This document shows, piece by piece, positions 11,301 through 28,451 of a DNA stretch of 64,000 bases. Position 1 is the first letter of the stretch, and the number at the start of each line of letters is the position of its first letter. The DNA is taken from the NCBI GenBank assembly GCA_002269645.1, contig NIVC01001948.1:155166-219165 (forward strand). The letters are read 5' to 3'. The notes beneath the pieces are model-generated. The model saw only the letters and a list, made by a program, of their open reading frames with translations. It ran no database searches and was not told where the DNA came from. The stretch is from Macrostomum lignano (taxonomy: Eukaryota). A program made the position numbers and the translations under genes.

Positions 11301-14300
11301 TGTCACTATCTAACAGATTGACGTCACTGTCTAACAGGTTGATGTCACTGTCTAACAGGTTGACGTCACTGTCTAAACAGGTTGATGTCACTATCTAACA
11401 GGTTGATGTCACTATCTAACAGGTTGACGTCACTGTCTAAACAGGTTGACGTCACTGTCTAACAGGTTGACGTCACTGTCTAACAGGTTGACGTCACTGT
11501 CTAACAGGTTGATGTCCCTGTCTAACAGGTTGACGTCACTGTCTAACAGGTTGATGTCACTGTCTAACAGGTTGATGTCACTATCTAACAGGTTGAAGTC
11601 ACTGTCTACCAGGTTGACGTCACTGTCTAACAGGTTGACGTCACTGTCTAACAGGTCAAAGATGCTGTCTAACCGTTAAAGAGATTTTTATACTTCAATT
11701 CTATAAAATTATAAAATTAGACATTACTTCAGCACTCCGACTTGAGTCTGAAACTCACATCGATAGTAGCATAGGTAAAGCTGTACTCATAGCAATAGCT
11801 ACTTTCACATCTCCTCCTCCTTCGGCTGCTGTGAAGATAGTCTCCATTGCTGTAGTAACAGTTCAGAACAGGCGGTCGAGTATTGCAGTAGCTGGCAGTG
11901 CACGCTTTGCAGGTGGTGTAAGAATACCCGGAGCAGGTGCCACAACCAGCAAAGTTGTCCTGTACAGGGTCAAAATTCGGTTTTGCTGCGGTAGACTTAA
12001 CGAGGTAAGTGCACAGTGGTTTTATACTTATTTAAAATTGCTTGGGTTAGATCAAGGAGTAATGAGAAACGTCGGATGTGAGTCAGTCGTGTCGATAAGG
12101 AGTCAGTGGTGTCGATAAGGATTCAGTTGTGTCAGGAAGGAGTCAGTGGTGTCAGGAAGGAGTCAGGTGTCAGGAAGGAGTCAGTGGGTGTCCGGGAAGG
12201 AGTCAGTGGTGTCAGGAAGGAGTCAGGTGTCAGGAAGGAGTCAGGTGTCAGGAAGGAGTCCGGAGGTGTCAGGAAGGAGTCCGGAGGTGTCAGGAAGGAG
12301 TCAGGTGTCGTCAGGAAGGAGTCAGTGTTGTCAGGAAGGAGTCAGTGGGTGTTGAGAAGGAGTCAGTGGTGTTGGGAAAGAGTCAGTGGTGTTGGGAAAG
12401 AGTCAGTGGGTGTCGGGAAAGAGTCAGTGGTGTTGGGAAAGAGTCAGTGGTGTTGGGAAAGAGTCAGTGGTGTTGGGAAAGAGTCAGTGGGTGTCGGGAA
12501 AGAGTCAGTGGTGTTGGGAAAGAGTCAGTGGTGTCGGGAAAGAGTCAGTGGTGTTGCGAAGGAGTCAGTGGTGTCGGGAAGGAGTTAGTGGTGTTGCGAA
12601 GGAGTCAGTGGGTGTCGGGAAGGAATCAGTGGGTGTCAAGAAGGAGTCAGTGGGTGTCGGGAAAGAGTCAGTGGTGTTGGGAAAGAGTCAGTGGTGTCGG
12701 GAAAGAGTCAGTGGTGTTGGGAAAGAGTCAGTGGTGTTGGGAAAGAGTCAGTGGTGTTGGGAAGGAGTTAGTGGTGTTGCGAAGGAGTCAGTGGTGTCGG
12801 GAAGGAGTTAGTGGTGTTGCGAAGGAGTCAGTGGGTGTCAAGAAGGAGTCAGTGGGTGTCGGGAAAGAGTCAGTGGTGTTGGGAAAGAGTCAGTGGTGTT
12901 GGGAAAGAGTCAGTGGGTGTCGGGAAAGAGTCAGTGGTGTTGGGAAAGAGTCAGTGGTGTTGGGAAAGAGTCAGTGGTGTTGGGAAAGAGTCAGTGGTGT
13001 TGGGAAAGAGTCAGTGGTGTTGGGAAAGAGTCAGTGGTGTTGGGAAAGAGTTAGTGGTGTTGCGAAGGAGTCAGTGGGTGTCGGGAAGGAATCAGTGGGT
13101 GTCAAGAAGGAGTCAGTGGGTGTCGGGAAAGAGTCAGTGGTTTCAGGAAGGAATCAGTGGGTGTCGGGAAGGAATCAGTGGGTGTCAAGAAGGAGTCAGT
13201 GGGTGTCGGGAAGGAGTCACTGGTTTCAGGAAGGAATCAGTGGGTGTCGGGAAGGAATCAGTGGGTGTCAGGAAAGAGTCAGGCTAAAACGAGCGTGTGA
13301 CGCACTTCTCCGTAGTCATATGTGTAGCAGCTGCTGTCAAAGGCACAGAGGGTCGTAGTTCCGTTGCTGGTATAGCTAGTCGATGAGGACCTCGAGTAGC
13401 AGGTGATCGACGCAGCAGCGTTCGCTGTGAAAATTAAATGATGGGCTGCGTGATCAATCTGTCTCTATGGAAACTGTCCCTAACTCTTCCGTCTAACAGG
13501 TGTCTCCTCTGTGTCTAACAGGTGTCTCCTCTGTGTCTAACAGGTGTCTCCTCTGTGTCTAACAGGTGACTCCTCTGTGTCTAACAGGTGTCTCCTCTAT
13601 GTCTAACAGGTGTCTCCTCTGTGTCTAACAGGTGACTCACTGTGTCTAACAGGTGTCTCCTCTGTGTCTAACAGGTGTCTCCTCTGTGTCTAACAGGTGT
13701 CTCCTCTGTGTCTAACAGGTGACTCCTCTGTGTCTAACAGGTGTCTCCTCTGTGTCTAACAGGTGACTCATCTGTGTCTAACAGGTAACTCCTCTGTGTC
13801 TAACAGGTGTCTCCTCTGTGTCTAACAGGTGACTCATCTGTGTCTAACAGGTGACTCACTGTGTCTAACAGGTGTCTCCTCTGTGTCTAACAGGTGTCTC
13901 CTCTGTGTCTAACAGGTGTCTCCTCTGTGTCTAACAGGTGACTCCTCTGTGTCTAACAGGTGACTCCTCTGTATCTAACAGGTTACAGAGAATTAATATG
14001 GGAAACTTACAGATAAAAGCAGCCAAAATGGCAACAGAGACAATCAAGTATTTCATTTTTGCAATCCGTATTTCTTAGAAGTTTGTTGCTTGTCGTTGCT
14101 TTTTGAAAAAAAATTACTGAGAAATCCTGCCATTTATAACACTCGGTTGCCATGGTGAATACGAGGGGGGGGGAGAGAGAGATAGAAAAGCTTCTGTTTT
14201 TTTGGTTGAACAGTGCGAGCGTAGCAATTTGCGTGCGAGAAAAACATATTTTTCACAAATAGGACAGAGAAATAGAGGTCAGGTGAAGTGAGAGAGATGC

Positions 14301-17300
14301 AGATGCCAGAAGGACAATTAAAAGAGAAAAAAAGCAAATTTGGGGCTTGTCCGACAGACTCAGTAGCCGCTCTGTGCATTGCTTAACGAATAGATGAGGT
14401 TGGCTCAACTGGTCTAAGAAATTTATTGTGCGTTTTCAGATTTTATACACCATTGTCCTGAATTCCCCTGTCCACAATGCTCCGAAAGTAGCAATGTTTG
14501 GCAATAGCGAAAACACACAATAATATAAGCATATTTTTTTGCTCAGAATGAACGCGAAGTGGATTTAAGTCTCAGTGGAGGCTGCGCAGATTCAAAAACA
14601 AGACAGAAATGTGACGCAAAGTGGCAGAATGGCTATGCTTGTGACAATTCATGCTATTGTTTCACAAGAAAGTTAGGAAAGCAGTTGAGAGCTCACTGCA
14701 TGCTTGTCAATGCTCAAGTATTGAACGCAAAGCAATTAAGTACCGGCGTACTGAGATACTGAGAGTGGCTGTTGGGTGTGGCCAGGCTTCTAGTTCTACG
14801 AATACTCTGCGGAAATTTTGTGGAAAATTTCTAAAAAAAACTGAGCTGGCTATTTTGTAAACATCTAAACCGAATAGCTGTTTCCTAACATCAGAGTTTA
14901 ATGCAATGATGCTTTATGTATTAAAGTTGCCACGCTATGCCCTCGGAGACAGAAAGATAGAAAAAATCCGGGAGGCTGCCCAGCAACTGAGGATCTGAGA
15001 GGCTGGCCCAGAAACTGAGGATCTGGAAGGTGGCCCAGCAACTGACACTCTGGGATGCTGGCCCAGCAACTGAGGATCTGGGAGGCTGGCCCAGTAACTG
15101 CGGATCTGAGAGGCTGGCCCAACAACTGAGGATCTGAGAGGCTGGCCCAAAAAAACTGAGGATCTGGAAGGTGGCCCAGCAACTGACACTCTGGGATGCT
15201 GGCCCAGCAACTGACACTCTGGGAGGCTGGCCCAGCAACTGACACTCTGGGAGGCTGGCCCAGCAACTGAGGATCTGGGAGGCTAGTGACCCAGCAACTG
15301 AGGATCAGGGAGGCTGGCCCAGCAACTGAGGATCTGGGATGCTGGCCCAGCAACTGGGGATTTGGGATGCTGGCACAGCCACTGAGGATCTGGGAGGCTG
15401 TCGCAGCAACCTGCTGAGCGGTGGTGGCTGCTCAGCAACCTACGGTCTAGGAGTTCGCTTAGAAAGGACTTTAAGCAACAATTTTCAACATAAATATTGC
15501 TTTACGTTTGAAAATTTTCAGTCAACCACAGCGCTGCCCAATCATCGGCCGCAATAGACTTGGTACTAGATGGTGTTGACACCATCGGTCAGGTGATTCT
15601 GAACAATCGTCATCTAATAGCCAGCTGCGATAACTACTGGAGAGAGTACCGAATCAGTGTGAAGAGCTTGTTAGTTGTAAGTTGCTTGCTAAAATTTCAG
15701 GACTTTGGAGCGTTTATAATAAAGAATCTATGTAGGTCCACCCTGACGCAACGCTCTCAGCGACATTTTCCCACAACCAAGTACTGCTGAGGCGATTCCA
15801 TTTTGCTTCTTGGTGGCGCTACTGTTGTGGCATATTTTCTAGTCAAGCCTTACAAATGGGTTCACTGACCTAAAAAAAGTTTTGACAGGGGTCAAATCAA
15901 CAAATGTATCCCCCCTCAGGTTGGAGAGAACAACCTCACAGTCAGCCTGACGTCTCCCATTGTCTATGCAAGACAAGCTGCAGAGAATTACGCGTCGAAG
16001 TTCGGCTATCCAGTGCCGCCAGACTGTCCGCCGTTGACCTACAACGGCGAGTGTTACTTCAATTTCATTCGCAAGCCAGCCTATTCGTTCAGCTGGGACT
16101 GGGGCCCGGCGGTACCAACGTCGGGACTTTGGTGAGTCGTTGAACTTTTGAAGTTCATTTAGTTGTGGTGTCGTTGGTGTCATAGTGGGTTTATGGGTGC
16201 ATTCACTGACAGCTTTAAAAGTTAAGAAGAGTCGACTACGGTGAGTTCTCTATTGAGATGGTGGAATTGTAGTAGACTGCTACACCTTGGGTTACCTAGG
16301 TAGCGGATTTTCTATTTTCTATTCTAGTGTATTTTATTCACTAAGCCATAGAATATTCACGGAATCCTCAATAATTATTCTTACGACTACAAAAAAAGTA
16401 TTAAAATTCGCATAAGCCTACTTTTTTTATAAAATTTCTCAGTAGCACGATGCAAATTTATGAAAATACGACCTATATTGCAAATGTTTGCAAATATCCG
16501 TTTTGCCTCCTTAATTTTACTCACAAAGAGTGTGGCTAGTGTAAAATGTAATTCTTGCACGAGAAATGTTCTTCAAAATACATTCTCAATCGAGGGTTCG
16601 GATTACTAACGAAACATTGCTGATATTGGTAAGCGGCTACAAAATGTCTCCCGCAGGCGCGCAGTCTATTTGGACCTGTACTCGGGTTTGGCCATAGACT
16701 ATGTCAAATTTACGGCCTCACCGAGTCTCGATAGCAGCAGCAACGCTTGGTGGGCAATGGCAACTGCTGGTGTGAAATTTGGCGATAGGTTCGATCAGAA
16801 AATTGGTCAGGTGTGCATCGTTGCTCAGATAGACGAACTGACGGAATCTTTGAAACGATGCGTCAAACTGCCCTCAGAGACTTCGCCCCAACCGTCTATA
16901 ATTGATGCAGCAGAGAGTAATTTCACTGTCGACGTTAGATTTGATCAGATTGTAAGTAATTGGATTTATATTTCTCCGAAAATATTAGATAATTTACTAT
17001 TACGCTCGTAGTTGTTTTCTACTCAACCAACAATTAGCAACCAACAACTCGAAATGTTATTATTAAAGATTGATACGAATATATATGGCGGAATTTGGCG
17101 TTCATTTTTTCGTAGCATAAAGTTCATTGTTCTGGGTGTGTGATGATGTGGCTTTAAACTTCTTGTTTTATGTGTAGTTCTAAACTTTTAGTTGAGGATG
17201 TGGCTTTAAACTCTTTGTTGCGTAGATTTGACTCTAAACTATTTGTTCTGAATGTGGCGCATCGGTAAGGTTTTTAATTTGTCGCCTTAGAGACTAAAAG

Positions 17301-20300
17301 TTACTTTGACAGACTCTGGTCCTTCGTGAATCTAGCTCGCACAAGTTGTAATCGCAAAACTCTTCATTCTGTGTGAACTCAGAATTAAACTTAATTGCCT
17401 TGGATGTGACGCCAAAGTCTTGGTTTTTCGCTTGAATCTTAAGTATTTTTGTGAGTTCTTGCGCTAAAAAACAGCATTAAATCAAATCAACTTGAACAGA
17501 TCAATCCTCAGCTTTGGTGGCCAAACGGTTACGGCAGTCAGCGTCTGTACACCCTTCGAGTTCGTCTGTGCCTTGATGGTCCAGACTGTCGTCTGCTGGA
17601 CAACTGGGAAACCCGACGGGTAGCGTTTCGTCAAGTTCAACTGCTACAAAATTCGATTGGTAATGAACTTGGTCAGGGACTCAATTTCAATCTGGTGGTC
17701 AATAATCGGCCGGTGTTTATTAAAGGCTCGAATTTTGTACCGATTGGGATGAGCATTCCGGGAGCGGATGTTAGCGACTATGATTGGTTGATGAGGTCGG
17801 CTGCTGCTGCTGGCATCAACATGCTACGCGTCTGGGGTGGAGGGGTGAGTGCTGGTTGGTCGACTCTCTGTGTGAGTTTACCGTAGTTTATGTCATTAAT
17901 ATTCGCCATAGAAATGATCTAACAAGCTGCAATATTTTACTTTACTTATGACCTTCGGGATTTCTTTGTTTGACCTTCTGAACTTCCGAGTCTGAACTTC
18001 TGAACTTTCGAGCCTGACGTTCTGAGCTTCCGAGTCTCATCCCCTAAACTTCCGAGTCTCACCCCCCTGAACTTTCGAGTCTCATCCCCCTGAACTTTTG
18101 AGTCTCATCCCTGAACATCCGGGTCTCATCGTCTAAACTTCCGAGTCTGACCTTCTGAACTTACGGAAAATCTCAGTCAAGATTAAGCCTAGGCTGTACA
18201 AATCCATCCCGATTGATATTGAGCAAATTACGAATTTTATATATTAGTAAAACCACAGTTGTCATCTTCAACTCTCTTTTCACCTGATGAAATCCAATCG
18301 CAATCAGACAATCGAACGAGCCGAATTCTATGACCTCGCTGACCAGCTGGGCATAATGATTTGGCAAGATTTCCCATTCGCCTGCGCTCTCTATCCTACT
18401 GACGAAAAGTTTCTGTCAACAGTGAGGTCGGAAGTTCGAGCCACTGTTCGCCGGCTTCAGCACAGAGCCAGTCTGGCCGTTTGGGTTGGCAACAACGAGA
18501 ACGAAGGCGCTCTGGCCAACGACTGGTGGTCATTGTGGGCCAACCGAACCGAGCGTTACTATGACGACTATAGAAAACTGTACATGCGATTGGTCAGACA
18601 GCAGGTGGTTGCTGAGGACTCTACTCGACTGGTGCTATTATCGTCGCCTAGTAACGGAGACGCTACAGAGTGGGAGGGTGGCATTGCTCACCAGCCGCAG
18701 AGCACACTGTTTGGCGACGGTGAGAGTTAACGAATTTTCGGTGCTGACAGGACGATGGTTTTAGATGAACGTTCCAGCGAAATGGTTGCTCAATTCCAGA
18801 AAATAGCGTTTGTGGTTGTTATGAAGCAAACGTGTCCTTTAAGGAAAACTATTGATTTCAGTAACGGGTCACAAGGTTGGGGGAGGACGAAGCATTGGCA
18901 TGTCCCCCATAGCTTTCACTTTAGCTTTTACCCTCACCTCTGTGTGCTCCAACATAAGACGTAAGTGTCCGTTACGTGATAGAAGTGTCCATTATGACAT
19001 TTAGCATCCATTAGGAAATAGAAGTGTCCATTTCAAGGAAATCGTGAAGACTTGGGCGGCACTTTGTACACAATCGAGACCAAGTGAGTAAACAAAGATT
19101 AAATTTATGTATTTTAACACCCTCTCACAGTTCACTTCTACAGCTACACAGAGGACATGTGGCTACCAGAGACTACGCCGCTGGCCAGATTAATGTCGGA
19201 ATTCGGTTTCCAGTCTCATCCAAGCCTCATCACGGTACTGTCGGCAACTCGCGACCCAAGGAACATCGGCATTGATACTAATTTCACCTTGCACAGAGAG
19301 CATCAACCGAACGGCACTCTGACCATTGCCCGGCACAATGCCAGACACTTTGCCAGTCAGGTGCCCAAGTGGCTGATTGGCGTGAACGATGACGTCATTG
19401 GGAAGCTGCTTGTACGCAATTTTTCGGTGCCGTCTTCTGAGGTTTGTTAATTTTTCTTCCAAGGCTATGAAATATGGAAATTTGTTATGAGATGCTACTG
19501 AAACTTCGAAAGAGGCTTCGCGGGTTGCATGTGGGCTTTGCCTTAATCGATAGTAATGCACCTTCTCAACTTCCGAATTATAAAGCGAGAACTTGTTTAT
19601 TTTGTTAGAGGCTGTGCTGTATTATTGTGTTCTCAAAACTGACATATTGATTGAGAAGTGGGTTTTACCATAGATAAAACTTGGTCCACAAAAGAGAATT
19701 CGTGATAGAACAGCTGATGGAACAGCTTATTCGTTTATCTACTGACATTTCTAGGAAAGATAGGTTCGGTGAACTGGTCTTCAGTGAAAATCACACCAGA
19801 AAACCTCCGAGGGTCGGGTTCTTCTACTCCAGTTGTCTACGAATAATTGGCTAATGAGGCTTGTATTTGTATCGATTTTGTTAAAAATACTTCTTCAGTT
19901 AAAACAGCTCACAGACCGCCTAGCAACGTACGCGTACCAGTCTTACGCTAGTCAGATCGATCAAGCTGAAATTTATCGTCGAATAACTCATCAACACGCA
20001 TTCAATCGATGCCGCCTGCGGTCGGCTGCAAATCAAGCTAAAGGTCTAGAGGGCATGTCTTCCGGTGTGATGTACTGGCAGCTCAACGATGTCTGGTCCG
20101 CGCCCACCTGGTCAAGCATCGAAGTCACCGGGGCTTGGAAAGCGACGCACTATTACGCAGCGCGTTACTATGCCAACAGACGGCTTGCTATAGCGTTGGC
20201 TGACAGCGAGCAAAGGATAGTTGAGGCTTTCTACATCCGGGATTCCAATCCGAACCAAAGAGGATCTGAGCAGATCGAAGTTCGCTTCGACTGCTACGAT

Positions 20301-22307
20301 GTTGATAGCCTGGCTAGGCTAAATAGTTGGACTATCATAAAGAACTCCGTGAGTGGTTTTGTAGGTAAAAAGCTTAGTAACGAACTAGCCAATTCCAACC
20401 CCTGTTGGGGCTTGCTATCCTAATTCTATCCTTGGTTGCTCCCCACAAAAAACTCCATGAGGCTGTCTTTATCATGAAAATTTCCACAATATATAGAATC
20501 CCTTTCTCATTCAGATCATGATTTCGACATTCACCAGATAGCTCGTAGCAAGCATACTCCGATAGAAAGCATCCCCGATAGCTAACATCTTCCAGAAGCA
20601 AGCAATCTCATCAATTCCGCCAGTAAGCCTTGGCTCTCTTAGCAATCCCCCCTCTGTAAGCCTTGCAGTATCAATAGTTCTCTTCGTAGGCCTTGGCATC
20701 TCAGAAATTACCCCAGTAAGCCTTGTAATATCAATAGAGTATGTGTGCGCTTCGACTTGCCCTGAACTACTGTGACTAAAAGTGGTAAAAAGAAACTACA
20801 AAAATCCGTAAACATGTACTTTTCAGACATCGCCAAACTGCCCCACTGAACTCTTTCGCCAATCTGAAGCTGATCTGCTTAAACGCTGCAATTGCAGCCT
20901 CGCCAGCAACTGTCTTTTAGAAGCAAAACTCGTTACAAACTGGAACAGACAGAACGGAGCAGAGCCTGATGTTCAACCGGAGCAGTACTATTTTGATGTG
21001 CCGAATAATTTTAAGCGACTTAAAAGTCCTTCATTGGTAAGGGAATCGATAACGCACTTGAAAGTACACACTGACATGAGATTATAAAGTCGCAAAAACA
21101 GGATGGATGGCAAATACTGTGAAGGTCTGATAGCTGCAGCGGTGTTAATTAAAGGAATGGTATTAAGGGGTTAGAGATTCTCACTGAAGGATCGGCACTG
21201 AGGGATAAGGATGCTCACTGAAGGATCGGCACTGAGGGATAAGGATGCTCACTGAAGGATCGGCACTGAGGGATAAGGATGCTCACTGAAGGATCGGCAC
21301 TGAGGGATAAGGATGAGGGATAAGGCAATGAGGGATAAGCGAATGAGGGATAAGGATGCTCACTGAAGGGTCGGCACTGAGGGATAAGGATGAGGGATAA
21401 GGCAATGAGGGATAAGGGAATGAGGGATCGGATGCTCACTGAAGGATCGACACTGAGGGATAAGGATGAGGGATAAGGCAATGAGGGATAAGGGAATGAG
21501 GGATCGGATGCTCACTGAAGGATCGACACTGAGGGATAAGGATGAGGGATAAGGCCATGAGGGATAAGGGAATGAGGGATCGGATGCTCACTGAAGGATC
21601 GACACTGAGGGATAAGGATGCTCACTGAAGGATCGACACTGAGGGATAAGAATGAGGGATAAGGGAATGAGGGATAAGGGAATGAGGGATCGGATGCTCA
21701 CTGAAGGATCGGCACTGAGGGATAAGGATGCTCACTGAAGGATCGGCACTGAGGGATAAGGATGCTCACTGAAGGATCGGCACTGAGGGATAAGGATGCT
21801 CACTGAAGGATCGGCACTGAGGGATAAGGATGCTCACTGAAGGATCGGCACTGAGGGATAAGGATGCTCACTGAAGGATCGACACTGAGGGATAAGAATG
21901 AGGGATAAGGGAATGAGGGATAAGGGAATGAGGGATCGGATGCTCACTGAAGGATCGGCACTGAGGGATAAGGATGCTCACTGAAGGATCGGCACTGAAG
22001 GATATAAGGATGCTCACTGATGAGATCAGTGCTGATGAGATGTGAACTCACTCACCTCACATTGCAGTCTGTAGACGTGACTAAGATCAGTCAGCAGCAT
22101 TTTCGCATAGACCTAACATCAGGTCAGACAACGCTATACGCCGTGAATCTGCAGTTCCTATGCCCGTGGCTAACTAGGGCAGTATTATCTGACAATGCCT
22201 TTCATATGACGGCGAAAAAGCGTTCATTAGAACTTCTAGTGCCCGCCGTTGGCGACTCAAGAAGTGCAAAAGATATCAAAGAATGTTTACTGGTTCACTT
22301 TCTGTAA
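2375..22307 (+). CDS. MANBA: Lysosomal beta-mannosidase (GH2), 11 exons, ~988 aa
   Basis: Exons 2375-2561, 2644-2793, 15522-15676, 15920-16131, 16657-16951, 17500-17844, 18308-18719, 19131-19441, 19899(or 19908)-20348, 20827-21036, 22068-22307. All introns GT-AG and phase-consistent. Motifs: VPGSVPGDVYSDL, FIRKPAYSFSWDWGP, LWWPNGYG, MLRVWGGG, WQDFPFAC, GNNENE (acid/base), SEFGFQS (nucleophile), YWQLNDVW. Hydrophobic N-terminus. The start ATG is inferred. Confidence 0.95.
2821..10058. repeat. ~7.2-kb minisatellite array, 28-bp unit GGCTGGCCCAGCAACTGAGGATCTGGGA (31-bp variant), in MANBA intron 2
   Basis: Direct tandem periodicity. It explains all the long minus-strand 'PASQILSCWASLPDPQLLGQPPRSSVAG' ORFs. 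Confidence 0.97.
10389..14056 (-). CDS. Nested antisense gene: 175-aa secreted, GPI-anchored protein with two tandem 8-Cys Ly6/uPAR (three-finger)-like domains
   Basis: Exons (minus) 14056-14011, 13424-13306, 11959-11759, 10550-10389 = 528 nt, GT-AG, phases 1/0/0. Protein: MKYLIVSVAILAAFISNAAAS-ITCYSRSSSTSYTSNGTTTLCAFDSSCYTYDYGEDNFAGCGTCSGYSYTTCKACTASYCN-TRPPV-LNCYYSNGDYLHSSRRRRRCESSYCYEYSFTYATIDIFFAGCGECSKLDSYSNCRACNSGDYCN-SAASLRGWNFTAFATAVILAMIRLL. Signal peptide, CN-terminated domains and a GPI-type tail. Candidate AATAAA at 10188-10183. Confidence 0.88.
10575..11660. repeat. 21-bp minisatellite (GTTGACGTCACTGTCTAACAG) in intron 3 of the nested gene
   Basis: Tandem periodicity; gives the SNRLTSL / LLDSDVN repeat ORFs. 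Confidence 0.95.
12090..13285. repeat. 20-21-bp minisatellite (GGGAAAGAGTCAGTGGTGTT) in intron 2 of the nested gene
   Basis: Tandem periodicity visible, e.g. 12361-12480. Confidence 0.95.
13485..13985. repeat. 22-bp minisatellite (TGTCTCCTCTGTGTCTAACAGG) in intron 1 of the nested gene
   Basis: Tandem periodicity; shares the TGTCTAACAGGT core with the 21-bp array. Confidence 0.95.
14965..15415. repeat. Second, more diverged array of the 28-bp minisatellite at the 3' end of MANBA intron 2
   Basis: Same GGCTGGCCCAGCAACTGAGGATCTGGGA unit and orientation as 2821-10058. Confidence 0.9.
17965..18165. repeat. Degenerate ~22-bp tandem repeat (TTCCGAGTCTCATCCCCTGAAC-like) in MANBA intron 6
   Basis: Recurrent CTGAACTT(T/C)CGAGTCT motif. 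Confidence 0.7.
21178..22020. repeat. 34-bp minisatellite (CTCACTGAAGGATCGGCACTGAGGGATAAGGATG) with GAGGGATAAG sub-repeats, MANBA intron 10
   Basis: Tandem periodicity (21181 to 21215). Confidence 0.95.
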
Positions 22308-22883
22308 GTTCATGCAAGATTTGCGTATTTAAATTTTTAATCATAAAAACGACTTACTACTGTACAATTTACTAGCAATACACTGTAATGTATTCAGTAC
22401 TAATGGCACAGTGATTATACTAGTGACTATTAAACGTGTTTAATCCTGGAAGGCACTTTCATAAAATAGCTCAATCAAAGAAGCCAGTGTAGACATCAAA
22501 TATGAGTATTAATTGGTTTGTAAATGTTAAAAAAAATTTTTTGAATGCGTGATTTTGATATCTTTATTGTAATAATTGTGTGCTAAATAATTATTCAAGC
22601 AGCACTCGAAGAAATAAATAAATGTGATCAGCAAAGGCGCTATAAAGCAAAAAAGTTATCTTCGAAAAACAGAGATTTCTTTTCTGTTCGTCTAGATTCC
22701 AAACAGGTTGGTGTGTCACAAGTAGTAAAACAGGCATTGATAAGTTGGAGTCTAATAAGATAGAAAGCAAAATGACATTATCATTAATAAATATTCTCCC
22801 AAAATCGAGTTATCAGGTCCTTTTCGATGCTAAGCAAACCCTTTAAAAATGAAGTCGCATCCCTTAGTAAAACACGAATGACG

Positions 22884-28451
<5,568 letters not shown>

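Noticed and set aside
12106-13358. KESV/SQWC repeat ORFs, and similar ORFs at 10571-11679, 25795-26097, 27285-28097, 35621-36253, 39544-40183, 48453-48983
   Set aside because: All are translations of intronic minisatellites.
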